From a virus (lineage: Duplodnaviria; Caudoviricetes): DNA of 64,000 bases. Position 1 is the first letter of the stretch. The number at the start of each line of letters is the position of its first letter. The translations under genes and the position numbers were made by a program. The stretch spans positions 61,504 to 125,503 of the IMG/VR virus record IMGVR_UViG_3300032237_000809. One strand, written 5' to 3'. The notes under the pieces are model-generated. The model had not been told where the DNA came from. It made no database searches and saw only the letters and a list, made by a program, of their open reading frames with translations. Of this stretch, positions 49,669 to 60,095 are shown piece after piece.

Positions 49669-50415
49669 ATGGACTTAGGTGTATTTTATATCTGCTACAA
49701 AGAGCAGGCGGCGATTGAGTATTCTTTAAAAAAATTCAGGCAGTTTTATTCAGAAAATCCAATCTATCTTGTTTCTGATAATGGTTTAGATTTTTCTTAT
49801 TTGAAAGAAGAATTTGGAAATATTGAGACTATAAAAGAAACTACAGAGGTTGTTGGTATCGCAAGAGACGTAGATCAATACATTAGAGAAAACTCAGGCA
49901 ATATGAATCTTTTTATGGGCATCTGTTTAGAATTTTTAAGAAGATTAAAAAATGGATGTGATTTTTGCAATACCGAATATATGGTTTTGATGGAACCTGA
50001 TGTTTTGGTGAGAGGAGAGTTACACCCATTTGAATCTGATCTTGTGGGACCAACAGTTAATATTATGCCCCAAACCATTCAGAAATATGTTATAATGAAT
50101 GGGGGTAAAAATAATGGAACTTGGGGACCCGCTGGCGGTGTGATGAAAACATCTTCATTTTATGGAATGCATGATAAGTTGATGAATGATCTTGATAAAC
50201 TTTCTGGTGGTTTGGAATTAGATCCAAGAATGATTTGTTATGATTACTTGCTTGCCTTTTTATTTTCTTTGTTTGGTTACACTTATACAGATAATCCGGA
50301 CCAGACTGAGTGCCTTAGAAATCCAAACTGGAGAAATTCTGGGCACCCATTACTACATCAACATAGAGAACTTTATTCAATTAATTACGGAGGAAAATGG
50401 CAAAATACAAAATAG
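49669..50415 (+). CDS. Putative GT-A glycosyltransferase
   Basis: LVSDNG, MEPDVLV. Confidence 0.55.
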   Translation: MDLGVFYICYKEQAAIEYSLKKFRQFYSENPIYLVSDNGLDFSYLKEEFGNIETIKETTEVVGIARDVDQYIRENSGNMNLFMGICLEFLRRLKNGCDFCNTEYMVLMEPDVLVRGELHPFESDLVGPTVNIMPQTIQKYVIMNGGKNNGTWGPAGGVMKTSSFYGMHDKLMNDLDKLSGGLELDPRMICYDYLLAFLFSLFGYTYTDNPDQTECLRNPNWRNSGHPLLHQHRELYSINYGGKWQNTK

Positions 50416-51086
50416 CCAACTTTAGCAAAGATCCTGCAGGTTGGGAACATGGTAATCCCTTTCATGGAGACACTTACATTATTGATACTGTTTATGAGTG
50501 TATGAAAGATTCGGATATTTTTATTGAAACTGGAACTGCTTATGCTGAAAGTTCCTATTTTATTGCTGATAATTTTTCAGACAAAAAGGTATATACCTGT
50601 GAGATTGATGACTACAGATATTCGGTGTCTTATAATATCTTAAAGGATTTTAAGAATGTTGATATGCAAAAAATGCCATCACCAGAAATTCTTCATTATG
50701 TCTTTGCTGAAGAACCAGATCTAAAAGATAAGAAAACCGTTTTTTGGTTCGATGCACATGGGGAGTGGATGGAAAATGAACAGCATATGTATTCCTGGCC
50801 CTTGTTTGATGAAGTTAATTTTGTAACTACTAATCTTAAAAATTATACAATTTTTATTGATGATTTTCAGAATCCATATGTTCCTCAGGCTAAATTTGAT
50901 ATTTGCAATAATTGGACAAAAATTTGTGGACCGTCCGAAGTTATGGGAGCATTGAATGGGGCTAAATTATATGTTCCAACATATACTGATGTTACCTCAG
51001 AGTATCACGAAGATATTGTTGGAGTTGGATTGATTACTGATATGGAGGTTATTGAAAATTCAGCACAGTGGAAAGAGGTTGTTTGA
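50397..51086 (+). CDS. Putative SAM methyltransferase
   Basis: FIETGT, FWFDAH, IFIDD. Confidence 0.6.
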   Translation: MAKYKIANFSKDPAGWEHGNPFHGDTYIIDTVYECMKDSDIFIETGTAYAESSYFIADNFSDKKVYTCEIDDYRYSVSYNILKDFKNVDMQKMPSPEILHYVFAEEPDLKDKKTVFWFDAHGEWMENEQHMYSWPLFDEVNFVTTNLKNYTIFIDDFQNPYVPQAKFDICNNWTKICGPSEVMGALNGAKLYVPTYTDVTSEYHEDIVGVGLITDMEVIENSAQWKEVV

Positions 51087-51087
51087 A

Positions 51088-51753
51088 ATGAATTTTGATA
51101 GTAAATTACTGAATAGAACTGACTTGGAGTTCTGTAGTAATAAAGTTAAAGAATATGGGTATCTTGATAAATTTCCTCACATAAATTGGTCTAGTGATGA
51201 TGCAATTATGAAGTGGGGATTGATTGCTAATTATTTTAAAGAACTTAGTGAAACTGAAAAGAATGTTGTAGATCTCGGATGTTCTAATTCTCCCTTACCC
51301 CATATAATCTCTTCTTTGGGGTATGATGTTACAGCTATTGATATTAGTGATGTCAGTCATTCATTTTCTGGAAGTTTAGTTCGCATGGTTTTGAATGATG
51401 CTCTTGCTGAAGTTAAGGATATGGGAGATAATTCAGTAGATTATTTTTTAGATTCTTGTGCCGTAACACATTTTAATGGATCTCACACTAATAAAATTAA
51501 TAATCAGGGATGGAAAGATATTGCAGAACAAGTTTGTAGAGTTCTGAAACCTGGTGGTAAATTTATTATTGTTTCTGATGTTGACATTAATAATGAATTT
51601 GGTGAGTTTATTAAACCAGAATTGGTTATTAAACTGATTGAATCATCTGGATTAAATCTGATTGGAACTTGTGATTATTCTGAACCAGATCCTTTTACAA
51701 TTCATTGTGGGGAATATACTCTCCAAGTTTCAAATTTTATTTTCGAAAAATGA
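51088..51753 (+). CDS. Class I SAM methyltransferase
   Basis: VVDLGC, VTAIDI, RVLKPGG. Confidence 0.8.
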   Translation: MNFDSKLLNRTDLEFCSNKVKEYGYLDKFPHINWSSDDAIMKWGLIANYFKELSETEKNVVDLGCSNSPLPHIISSLGYDVTAIDISDVSHSFSGSLVRMVLNDALAEVKDMGDNSVDYFLDSCAVTHFNGSHTNKINNQGWKDIAEQVCRVLKPGGKFIIVSDVDINNEFGEFIKPELVIKLIESSGLNLIGTCDYSEPDPFTIHCGEYTLQVSNFIFEK

Positions 51754-52628
51754 ATTTTGCATACTTATTTTCTGGTCAACCAATTTTTTATCAAACAACC
51801 CTTGATTGTTTTTCCAACTATCAGATAGATAAAAATGATAAGGTTTGCTCTCATCTTTGGTGGGACAAATCTTATCATGAAAAAGTTTATAAGTTGTGGT
51901 TTACAGACACCTTTAATAATGAAAATTTAGATGAAGAGTTTATAGAAAGATATATGGTAACTGATTGTATCGTTGAAAAGCACAAAGATTTTGATATTAC
52001 TTTTTTTAAAAAATTTAATTTTGATGTTTGGAAAGGTGAAAGTATAGAGCATTATAAAGTTATTACTCCAATAATTTTATATGGAATATTGAGTCAAACT
52101 TATTCCAACTATCAAACATTTTTGCAAACTAAAAAATATCAAGATATTGATGTTGTTATCAAATCTAGACCAGATGTTATTTTAACTAAACCAATTAAAG
52201 ATATATTATCCCAGGTTACTCTAGAGTCAGATACAATATATTTTCAAAGTTCAATGAATGGTGGTCATTTGTATGCTGGAGAGTTTCCTAATAATCCTTG
52301 CGATTGGTTTTTCTTGGGAAAATCAGAATCTATGGAAAAGTTTTTATCTGGATGGTATGAATTTATTCCAAGTGTTTATGAAAATGGCGTAATTCATGTA
52401 AGAGACTATTGCATAGAAGTTTGCTCTAGGAAAAATTTAAAAATCGGATTGGGCGACTTTGGAGCGATCATATATAAACAAGCAACAGATTGGTATGAGA
52501 AATATAAAATTGATTCCAAATTTTATATTCATAATTTTGACTACGAATCTTGCAAACCTTTACAAGTTAATATGTGGCCAAATTGGGTTGAGCATGTTAA
52601 CTTTGAACATTTTAAAAATATGAAATAA
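51750..52628 (+). CDS. Putative glycan-related protein
   Basis: FSGQP, SRPD, DWFF; paralogous to 46442. Confidence 0.55.
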   Translation: MNFAYLFSGQPIFYQTTLDCFSNYQIDKNDKVCSHLWWDKSYHEKVYKLWFTDTFNNENLDEEFIERYMVTDCIVEKHKDFDITFFKKFNFDVWKGESIEHYKVITPIILYGILSQTYSNYQTFLQTKKYQDIDVVIKSRPDVILTKPIKDILSQVTLESDTIYFQSSMNGGHLYAGEFPNNPCDWFFLGKSESMEKFLSGWYEFIPSVYENGVIHVRDYCIEVCSRKNLKIGLGDFGAIIYKQATDWYEKYKIDSKFYIHNFDYESCKPLQVNMWPNWVEHVNFEHFKNMK

Positions 52629-52629
52629 A

Positions 52630-53202
52630 ATGGCAAAATCATTCAAACAAAAAGCAAAAGAAATCATCCAACATTACAGTTCTACCCCTTGGACTGGTTG
52701 TAGTGATAAAGGATCAGATCATTCTTACGAACTTTTTTATCCGGAAGTATTTGAAAAAATCAAAGATAATAAAGATCTTTGTATCTTGGAAGTGGGAGTA
52801 TCTTCTGGATATAGTCTGAGAATGTGGAGAGATATTTTTTCAGATAAAACTAAAATCTATGGATTTGATAAAGAATATTCGAATCTCCAACTTACAGAAG
52901 AAGAAAGAGGAAGATTTATTTTATTACCAGAAGGATCACAAGATGATTCAAGTTTATTTGAAAACTGCCCACAATTTGATTTAATCATTGATGATGCTTC
53001 TCATGATCCAGGTCTTACACTAAAAACTTGGAACATTCTTAAATCAAAACTTAAACCAGGTGGTTATTATATTATTGAAGATGTTGATGCCAATCCAGGT
53101 TGGCAGAATCAAGAATTTCTTAATACTTTTGAAGTCATTGATTTAAGAGCAAATAAAAATAAATATGACGACATTATCTACCTCTATAAAAATGAAAACT
53201 GA
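52630..53202 (+). CDS. SAM methyltransferase
   Basis: SDK..H.Y, LEVGV..G.SL, DLIIDDASH, GGYYIIED. Confidence 0.8.
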   Translation: MAKSFKQKAKEIIQHYSSTPWTGCSDKGSDHSYELFYPEVFEKIKDNKDLCILEVGVSSGYSLRMWRDIFSDKTKIYGFDKEYSNLQLTEEERGRFILLPEGSQDDSSLFENCPQFDLIIDDASHDPGLTLKTWNILKSKLKPGGYYIIEDVDANPGWQNQEFLNTFEVIDLRANKNKYDDIIYLYKNEN

Positions 53203-53998
53203 TTTTGCAATTGTTACTTCTCTGTATAATGTCCAAGAACTGCAAAGAGATGATAATAGAAGTTGGAAAGATTATCTTGAATGGTTTTCAAAGACACTAC
53301 AAATAAAATGTCCTTTTATTATTTTTACAGAAGAGTCTTTGATTGAAACTATTAAAGAAATTAGACAAGATCTGCCAACTGAAATTATTGTTGAACCTTT
53401 AGAACAAATCCCATATTTTCATTTAAAAGATTCAATTCAAGAAATTATTGATTCTGAATTTTATAAAGAAAATATGGCAGACACGAATAGGGTTGAGTGC
53501 AACTATTCAATGTACCCTATCATTCAATATTCTAAATTTAAGTGGTTGAAAAAAGCATCAGAGATTAATTCCTTCGAATCAAAGTTTTTCTTTTGGTTGG
53601 ATGCTGGTGCAAGTAGATTCTTGTATGATTGTAATCTCGAAAATGATTATCCCAGTGAGGATGCGCTTTTGGAATTGGATCAACTTGACAATACCTTCTT
53701 AATCCAGTATAATACTGAATGTTATCCTGATCTTGTAAATTCTGAAACATTATCTGAAAGTTATTTTTGGGATAATCGTTCTTTTATCTGCGGAAGCATG
53801 TTTGGTGGAAATAAAATTGCCATTGAAAATGTCAGCAATGAAATAGATCATATTTTGGGTTATATGATTGAAAATGAAAATGTAAATAATGAACAGATAG
53901 CAATTGGATATCTCTGCAAAACAAAAGAGAATCTTTTTACTAGGTTTCATCGAGTTAATGGTAAAAATCATCTTTGTTTATTTCAAGAAATGGTATGA
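53192..53998 (+). CDS. HtrL/YibB-like glycosyltransferase
   Basis: YL.WF, Y...QYSK, FWLDAG, GSMFGG, NNEQ. Confidence 0.7.
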   Translation: MKTDFAIVTSLYNVQELQRDDNRSWKDYLEWFSKTLQIKCPFIIFTEESLIETIKEIRQDLPTEIIVEPLEQIPYFHLKDSIQEIIDSEFYKENMADTNRVECNYSMYPIIQYSKFKWLKKASEINSFESKFFFWLDAGASRFLYDCNLENDYPSEDALLELDQLDNTFLIQYNTECYPDLVNSETLSESYFWDNRSFICGSMFGGNKIAIENVSNEIDHILGYMIENENVNNEQIAIGYLCKTKENLFTRFHRVNGKNHLCLFQEMV

Positions 53999-54942
53999 AA
54001 ATATCTTTAATCGGTCCCGGAATTATGCCCATTCCACCTCTTGGTTGGGGTGCAGTAGAAATTCTTATATGGGATACCAAAATTGCTTTGGAATCATTGG
54101 GGCATCAAGTTCAAATTGTGAATACAAAAGATTATAATCAGATTATAGAAGATGTTAATTCCTTTGGATCTGATTTTGTCCATATTCACTATGATGAATT
54201 TATTCCTCTGTATCCTTATATTCAACAACCAAAGGCAATCACGAGTCACTATGGTTACTTAGAAAGACCTGAACTTTTTGGTGGATATGTAAATATTGCT
54301 AATGAGTTCGCTTGTCTTAGACCAAATACTTTTTGTCTATCTGAGGGAATTCGAAATATGTATAAGGTACTATTCAACATTCCTGAAGATAAATTATTTT
54401 TAACCCCAAATGGAGTCAATAGGCAACAATTTAAATTTGTAGATATACCAGAGCATCCAGATCGTTCAATTTATCTTGCAAAGATAGATTACAGGAAGCG
54501 CCAGTTTATGTTTCAGTCAATTTCTAGTCTTTGGTATGCTGGAAATATTGCTGATCCTAGATTTGATACTTCTAAAAATTATTTGGGTGAGTGGGGAAAA
54601 GATACATTATATAATGACTTAACTCAATACGGAAACCTTGTTTTACTCTCAGACGGTGAAGCACATCCACTTGTTTGTATGGAGGCACTCTCTGCTGGAC
54701 TTGGTGTGGTTGTTTGTGAATGGGGAAGAGCAAACTTAGATGTTAATAAAGAATTCATTACAATCATTCCTGAAAACAAAATCTCCGATTTAGAGTATGT
54801 TGAGAATGAAATTATTAAGAATAGAGAATACGCCGTAAATAATAGAAAAGAAATTGTAGAATATTCAAAGAAGTTTGATTGGAAAGAGATACTTCAAAAG
54901 TATTATATTCCTTCGGTTGAAAAAATCATTGCCAATAGTTAA
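53995..54942 (+). CDS. GT4-like glycosyltransferase
   Basis: PIPPLGWGAVE, PNGV, EAHPLVCMEALSAG. Confidence 0.8.
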   Translation: MKISLIGPGIMPIPPLGWGAVEILIWDTKIALESLGHQVQIVNTKDYNQIIEDVNSFGSDFVHIHYDEFIPLYPYIQQPKAITSHYGYLERPELFGGYVNIANEFACLRPNTFCLSEGIRNMYKVLFNIPEDKLFLTPNGVNRQQFKFVDIPEHPDRSIYLAKIDYRKRQFMFQSISSLWYAGNIADPRFDTSKNYLGEWGKDTLYNDLTQYGNLVLLSDGEAHPLVCMEALSAGLGVVVCEWGRANLDVNKEFITIIPENKISDLEYVENEIIKNREYAVNNRKEIVEYSKKFDWKEILQKYYIPSVEKIIANS

Positions 54943-54943
54943 T

Positions 54944-55732
54944 ATGAATAGAAAGATAGCAATCAATTTTATTGGAACTGGAAATTATCTCAAGTTTTTT
55001 CCAAGATATTATGAGACATTGATGGAATATTTTGTTCCAGAATGTCAGAAAGATTTTTTTGTTTTTACTGATGGTGAGTTGGGTGATGATATTCTAGATA
55101 ATATCAAAGTCATATCAGCATCTGAAAATATTGAAATTACTACATCAGATTATTCTTCTGACAATTGGTATAATTTGATGTATAATAGTATTGGCGGATT
55201 GCGAAGATTTGGAGAGATTAAAAAAATTGAAGATCAATTGAAGGATTATGATTGGTACATCTATTTTGATGCTGATATGCATTGCTGTGATCAACTCATT
55301 ACCTATGAGGAATTTTTTAATGATGACAAATCATTCTTTGGAGTTCAGCACCCAACTTACAGTACTCACTGGAGTAAATTTGGTGGACATTTACCTTTTG
55401 AAAGAGATGAAAAATCTTTATCATGTGTGAAAGAAAAGGATGAGATAGATGGTATATATCTTCAGGGATGTATTTGGGGAGGTAAAATTCCAGAGATTTT
55501 TGAATTAATTCATGAACTTGATGAAAGAATTAAAAAAGATTTGGAGAACAATGTTCTCGCAAAAGCCCACGATGAAAGTCATTTAAATAGATATAGAATT
55601 GATAATTTTGAAGATTTTCATATATTACATTCTTGTTTTGCAAAACCTGGGGATTATCCTGATAATGAGTTTGATTTTTCTGCAAGAATGATACACTCTC
55701 CCGCTGATAAAAAAATTATTCTTTATTCTTAG
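54944..55732 (+). CDS. GT6 family glycosyltransferase
   Basis: IGTGNY, FVFTD, FDADM, QHP, QGCIWGG, HDESHLN. Confidence 0.85.
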   Translation: MNRKIAINFIGTGNYLKFFPRYYETLMEYFVPECQKDFFVFTDGELGDDILDNIKVISASENIEITTSDYSSDNWYNLMYNSIGGLRRFGEIKKIEDQLKDYDWYIYFDADMHCCDQLITYEEFFNDDKSFFGVQHPTYSTHWSKFGGHLPFERDEKSLSCVKEKDEIDGIYLQGCIWGGKIPEIFELIHELDERIKKDLENNVLAKAHDESHLNRYRIDNFEDFHILHSCFAKPGDYPDNEFDFSARMIHSPADKKIILYS

Positions 55733-55737
55733 TAAAA

Positions 55738-56520
55738 ATGATTGGATTTAATTATCTTGGACAAAATGGACGTTTAGCGAATCAGATGTTTCAGTATGCT
55801 TCGCTAAGGGGCATTGCTGCGACAAAGGGATATGATTTTTGTATTCCCAAAACGGACTATGGCGATAATTGGAAAGATAATAAACTGTTTGATGTCTTTG
55901 AGATGGGGAGTGTAAAAAATGTTGAATTTATACCGGCAGAATTTTATTCAGAAAAACAATTTCATTATGACCAAGAGTATGTTGATGATTGTCCAGATAA
56001 TGTGAATTTGCATGGATATTTTCAAAGTGAGAAATACTTTAAGCATATTGAAGACAGTATTAGAAAAGATTTTAAATTTAAAGATTATATTCTAGAACCA
56101 TGTGTAAATAATTTTGATTTTGATGATATTATTGCTTTGCATGTAAGAAGAACTGATTATGTTTCTAATTCTGTAAATCATCCCCCATGTGATCTTTCTT
56201 ATTATGAAAAAGCATTAGAGCAATTTGATTCCAATATTCCTGTAATGATTTTTTCTGATGATGTTGGATGGTGTCAATCTCAATCTTTATTTGATTCTGA
56301 TAGATTTATGATTTCTGAATCTCATAATGGATTCATCGATCTATGTCTTATGAGTATGTGTCATTATCATATTATTGCAAATTCTTCATTTTCTTGGTGG
56401 GGTGCGTGGTTGGCAAGGAGTAAAAAAGTTATTGCTCCTTCAAAATGGTTTGGTGTAGAGGGTAACACTGCTAAAAATCAAACACAAGATTTGTATTTGG
56501 ATGGATGGATTAAAATATGA
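55738..56520 (+). CDS. GT11 alpha-1,2-fucosyltransferase-like
   Basis: GRLANQMFQYA, GYFQSEKYF, HVRRTDY, FSDD, NSSFSWWGA. Confidence 0.9.
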   Translation: MIGFNYLGQNGRLANQMFQYASLRGIAATKGYDFCIPKTDYGDNWKDNKLFDVFEMGSVKNVEFIPAEFYSEKQFHYDQEYVDDCPDNVNLHGYFQSEKYFKHIEDSIRKDFKFKDYILEPCVNNFDFDDIIALHVRRTDYVSNSVNHPPCDLSYYEKALEQFDSNIPVMIFSDDVGWCQSQSLFDSDRFMISESHNGFIDLCLMSMCHYHIIANSSFSWWGAWLARSKKVIAPSKWFGVEGNTAKNQTQDLYLDGWIKI

Positions 56521-57362
56521 AAAAAATAGATTTATTAAATTGTACTTTTATAATTCCTATTAGGATTGATTCTAAGGATAGAACAAGAAATATTACTACA
56601 GTTCTTTGTTATCTTCTTAAAACTTTTAATACTAGAGTAATACTAAAAGAAGTTGATGTTAAACCACTTATCGAAGAATGTGTCCTAGGACAAATTAGAG
56701 AATTTCTAGATGAAGATGAAATTAATAACATAACATATGTGTTTGAGCAATCTGACAATCTTGAATTTCATCGAATGAAAATTCTAAATGAAATGTTAAA
56801 TCAGGTAGTTACTGATGTTGTTGTCAATTATGATTGTGATGTTTTATTGAAACCAGAAACATGTGTTGAAGCAATAAATCTTATTTTAAATCAAAATTAT
56901 GATTTAGTTTATCCGTATGGATTTGGGGATTGGCAATATCAAATTTTTACAACTGATGAGATTGTAAGTGATTTTATTAATCATGATTTTGATTTTTCAA
57001 TTTTGGAGAAAAGTTCTGATATTTATAGGTCTGAGTTTGGTCATGTTCAATTCTTTAAAACAAAATCCTATATTAATGGTGGAATGGAAAATGAGAACTT
57101 TATTTCTTGGTCTCCAGAAGATAAGGAAAGATATTTTCGTTTCAAAACTCTTGGATATAATGTTGGGAGGATTGATCAGTCGTATGTATATCATCTAGAA
57201 CATTTTAGAGGATATAATTCTGGTTTTGGTAATCCATATATTGAAAAAAATAATGAATTGTGGAATTATCTTCAAACATTAAATCAAAAACAATTAGAAA
57301 GATATTATCAGTCACAGAAATATCTAAAGAAATATGAATTTTATAATTTAAATAACATGTAA
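56517..57362 (+). CDS. GT2/GT7-like glycosyltransferase
   Basis: IIP, YDCD, GG.NENF..W..ED, HLEH. Confidence 0.75.
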   Translation: MKKIDLLNCTFIIPIRIDSKDRTRNITTVLCYLLKTFNTRVILKEVDVKPLIEECVLGQIREFLDEDEINNITYVFEQSDNLEFHRMKILNEMLNQVVTDVVVNYDCDVLLKPETCVEAINLILNQNYDLVYPYGFGDWQYQIFTTDEIVSDFINHDFDFSILEKSSDIYRSEFGHVQFFKTKSYINGGMENENFISWSPEDKERYFRFKTLGYNVGRIDQSYVYHLEHFRGYNSGFGNPYIEKNNELWNYLQTLNQKQLERYYQSQKYLKKYEFYNLNNM

Positions 57363-57368
57363 TTTGTT

Positions 57369-58163
57369 ATGGACAAAAACAAAGCAATATATAAACTTAA
57401 AGGACTTCCTCCCATCTATTATCTCAATCTGGATGAACAACCAGAAAGAGCACAATATATGGAAGAGCAATTTAAGTATTGGGAGATTGAAGATTATACT
57501 CGTATCTCTGCTTATGATGGTAGGGATGATAGAGACCTTGGAGACATTCTCAAAGGACGTTATCCTGATATGATGTCTTCTGGTGAGGTGGGATGTGTAA
57601 CAACGCACCTGAAGGCACTCAAGCACTTCTTAGAGACTTCTGATTCTCCTTGTGCTTTAATTATGGAAGATGATTGTGATATTTCTACAGTATCGCACTG
57701 GCCTTTTAAATGGAAGGATTTCTTTTGTAAGGTCCCTTATGATTATGATGTAGTTCAACTTGCTATTATCAATCCTGCCCAGGTTCATGTGAAAATGCAT
57801 CGCCGTTTTGTGAATGACTTTTCAACCGCATGTTATTTGATTACAAGACATCACGCAAAGAAACTTATCAATCTTCATGTTCGTGGTGATAAGTATAAGT
57901 TGGATAATGGAGTCAAACCTCGTGCTGTTGCAGATGACCTGATTTATAACTCCGGTAATACTTTTTCAATTCCTTTATTTCTTTATAAGATTGAATTGGG
58001 ATCTTCTATTCACAATGACCATGTAGATGTATTTCATAAGTCTAGTTATGATGGTTTGTGGAATTTCTGGAAAGTCGATGCAACGAATGTAAGTGACTGG
58101 AATTCTATATTTGACTATGATCCATACTTTGGAACTTTACCTCCAGGGTTTGAGGGAAAATAA
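57369..58163 (+). CDS. GT25 family glycosyltransferase
   Basis: YLNLD...R, RISAYDG, GEVGC..H, IMEDD. Confidence 0.8.
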   Translation: MDKNKAIYKLKGLPPIYYLNLDEQPERAQYMEEQFKYWEIEDYTRISAYDGRDDRDLGDILKGRYPDMMSSGEVGCVTTHLKALKHFLETSDSPCALIMEDDCDISTVSHWPFKWKDFFCKVPYDYDVVQLAIINPAQVHVKMHRRFVNDFSTACYLITRHHAKKLINLHVRGDKYKLDNGVKPRAVADDLIYNSGNTFSIPLFLYKIELGSSIHNDHVDVFHKSSYDGLWNFWKVDATNVSDWNSIFDYDPYFGTLPPGFEGK

Positions 58164-58241
58164 AACAGAAAATCCTGACAAGACCCCTTGACAAGGCGGG
58201 TTCTCTCATATATACTGCTATAGTTCTTAATAAAAATTGCA

Positions 58242-58451
58242 ATGACGATTACGACCAATGAGCACGGGCAACAAAACCTGTTTGCTAAGGAACCTGAAAT
58301 GTATGTGTCTCAAACTGATGCTGAACGTTATGCACTTGAGACTCATGCTGAGAGAGCAGAAAAATTGAACGGAAGATTGAGTATGGTCTCTATTATTCTT
58401 GCTTTTATTTCATACTCTACTACAGGAACTCTTGCTTTTGGTATTTTTTAA
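58242..58451 (+). CDS. hli: High-light-inducible protein
   Basis: AEKLNGRLSM; TTNEHGQQNLFAKEP leader. Confidence 0.85.
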   Translation: MTITTNEHGQQNLFAKEPEMYVSQTDAERYALETHAERAEKLNGRLSMVSIILAFISYSTTGTLAFGIF

Positions 58452-58537
58452 ATTATTCCTAACATCTTATATGAATAAATAAAGATGTTATGAATGTTAT
58501 GAAATCTACTTAAAAAATTTTTACAGGAAAAACTATT

Positions 58538-58660
58538 ATGAAAAACTTTGGATTTACTGAATTTAGTGAAAAATTAAATGGAAGATTTGCCATGATTGGA
58601 TTTGTTGCTGCTGTTGGTGCTTATGCACTTACCGGACAAATTATTCCTGGAATTTGGTGA
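58538..58660 (+). CDS. hli: High-light-inducible protein (40 aa)
   Basis: MKNFGFTEFSEKLNGRFAMIGFVAAVGAYALTGQIIPGIW*; missed by ORF track. Confidence 0.9.
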   Translation: MKNFGFTEFSEKLNGRFAMIGFVAAVGAYALTGQIIPGIW

Positions 58661-58673
58661 ATTTTTTAATATA

Positions 58674-58835
58674 ATGCCCAGAGGAAGACTTACTAAAGAT
58701 GAAATGATAGTTCATGTTTTAAAGTTAAAAAACAAACTTAATAATGAACATATTGGATATACTTCAGATCCAAAATCATTAACAAATCAATATTTAAATA
58801 TGATACTGGACAAGATTGGTGAATATTCAAATTGA
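58674..58835 (+). CDS. Hypothetical protein
   Basis: MPRGRLTKDEM... Confidence 0.55.
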   Translation: MPRGRLTKDEMIVHVLKLKNKLNNEHIGYTSDPKSLTNQYLNMILDKIGEYSN

Positions 58836-58941
58836 TTATTTTATGATTCTCTTGTCACTTATAGACAATTTATAAACTGCCCATTAACCCTTGACAAATT
58901 TGTTCAAGGGTTTTATAGTATTTGTGTACGAATAATCCTGT

Positions 58942-59172
58942 ATGAAACTTTTTGATTTTGAGAAAAGAGACGACTGGGGAACTGATCTTTATTTCAGTTT
59001 CCTAAAGACACAAAAATATACTTTTCTACAAGTATGTTTGAGTTTATGTGAGTATCCTGCTTGGCCTTATTTGCAGATTACGATGGGGGAGAATAAACTC
59101 TTTGGAATTTTCTTTTATGTTTGGCGCATAGGTTTTGATGTGGATTTAGTTTCAAAAACTTGGAGGAATTGA
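58942..59172 (+). CDS. Hypothetical protein
   Basis: Follows TTGACA-17-TATAGT promoter. Confidence 0.55.
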   Translation: MKLFDFEKRDDWGTDLYFSFLKTQKYTFLQVCLSLCEYPAWPYLQITMGENKLFGIFFYVWRIGFDVDLVSKTWRN

Positions 59173-59173
59173 G

Positions 59174-59368
59174 ATGAAAATTGAAATAACAGAAGATTTT
59201 ATAACAGGAATGTATACTTGGGTCTTATGTGACGGCCCTGATGGGATTGATGAGTTTCGTGGTTCTGAAAATACTCTTGGAGAAGTCTTTGAACAAATTA
59301 TTCTTCACCGAACACGAAATGCTTTGAGTTATATGGAAGACACTTCCGAGACCGTCACAGACTCTTGA
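59174..59368 (+). CDS. Hypothetical protein
   Basis: 64-aa ORF. Confidence 0.5.
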   Translation: MKIEITEDFITGMYTWVLCDGPDGIDEFRGSENTLGEVFEQIILHRTRNALSYMEDTSETVTDS

Positions 59369-59393
59369 CAGTCTTGGTATCCTGTGCTACTAT
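59365..59393 (+). promoter_or_regulatory. psbA sigma70-type promoter
   Basis: TTGACA-17-TACTAT. Confidence 0.7.
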
Positions 59394-59427
59394 ATACATA
59401 TGGAAGTCAGGAAATCCGGACATTCAG

Positions 59428-59500
59428 GTGCTTACCGAGACTTTGCACTATAAATACGTCTCTCATATCTTCTCTAGGGGTGAGAAGAAATACTAAACAC
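59428..59500 (+). ncRNA. PhotoRC-II-like psbA leader RNA (tentative)
   Basis: GTGC/GCAC hairpin whose loop GAGAC can pair with downstream GTCTC; second hairpin; position in psbA 5' UTR. Confidence 0.55.
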
Positions 59501-59539
59501 GTTCGTCCCTACGAACTTTTTCTACCCTTTTTTTCAAAT

Positions 59540-60095
59540 ATGACTGCTACAATTGCTACACGTTCACAAAGTAATGTCTGGAATGACTTTTGTTCCTGGG
59601 TTACTTCTACGAACAATCGTTTATATGTGGGATGGTTTGGAGTATTACTTATTCCAACAGTTTTAACCGCCACTATTTGTTTTATTCTTGCTTTTATTGC
59701 TGCACCACCAACAGACCTAGACGGAATTAGGGAGGCGGTATCTGGTTCCTTAATGTATGGAAATAACATAATTTCCGGTTCAGTGATTCCGAGTTCAAAT
59801 GCTATAGGTTTGCATCTGTACCCGATTTGGGAAGCACAAACTCTAGAAGAATGGTTATACAATGGAGGTGAATATCAACTCATTGTTTTCCATTTTATGA
59901 TTGCCATCTATGCATATATGGGTCGTGAATGGGAACTTTCATATAGGTTATCAATGCGTCCTTGGATTTGTGTTGCCTACAGTGCTCCTGTTGCTGCTGC
60001 TACTGCTATTTTCCTCGCTTATCCAATTTCACAAGGTTCATTTTCTGATGGATTTCCTTTGGGAATTTCGGGTCAATTTAATTTTATGTTAGTGT
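59540..60095 (+). CDS. psbA: Photosystem II D1, exon 1 (aa 1-185 + 1 nt)
   Basis: [23 protein letters not shown]; exons 556+436+16+72 = 1080 nt = 359 aa + stop. Confidence 0.95.

Noticed and set aside
58596-58673. N-terminal part of ORF 58596-58835
   Set aside because: Overlaps the real hli gene in another frame
59384-59539. 52-aa N-terminal extension of D1
   Set aside because: Overlaps the promoter and structured leader; D1 numbering fits ATG 59540
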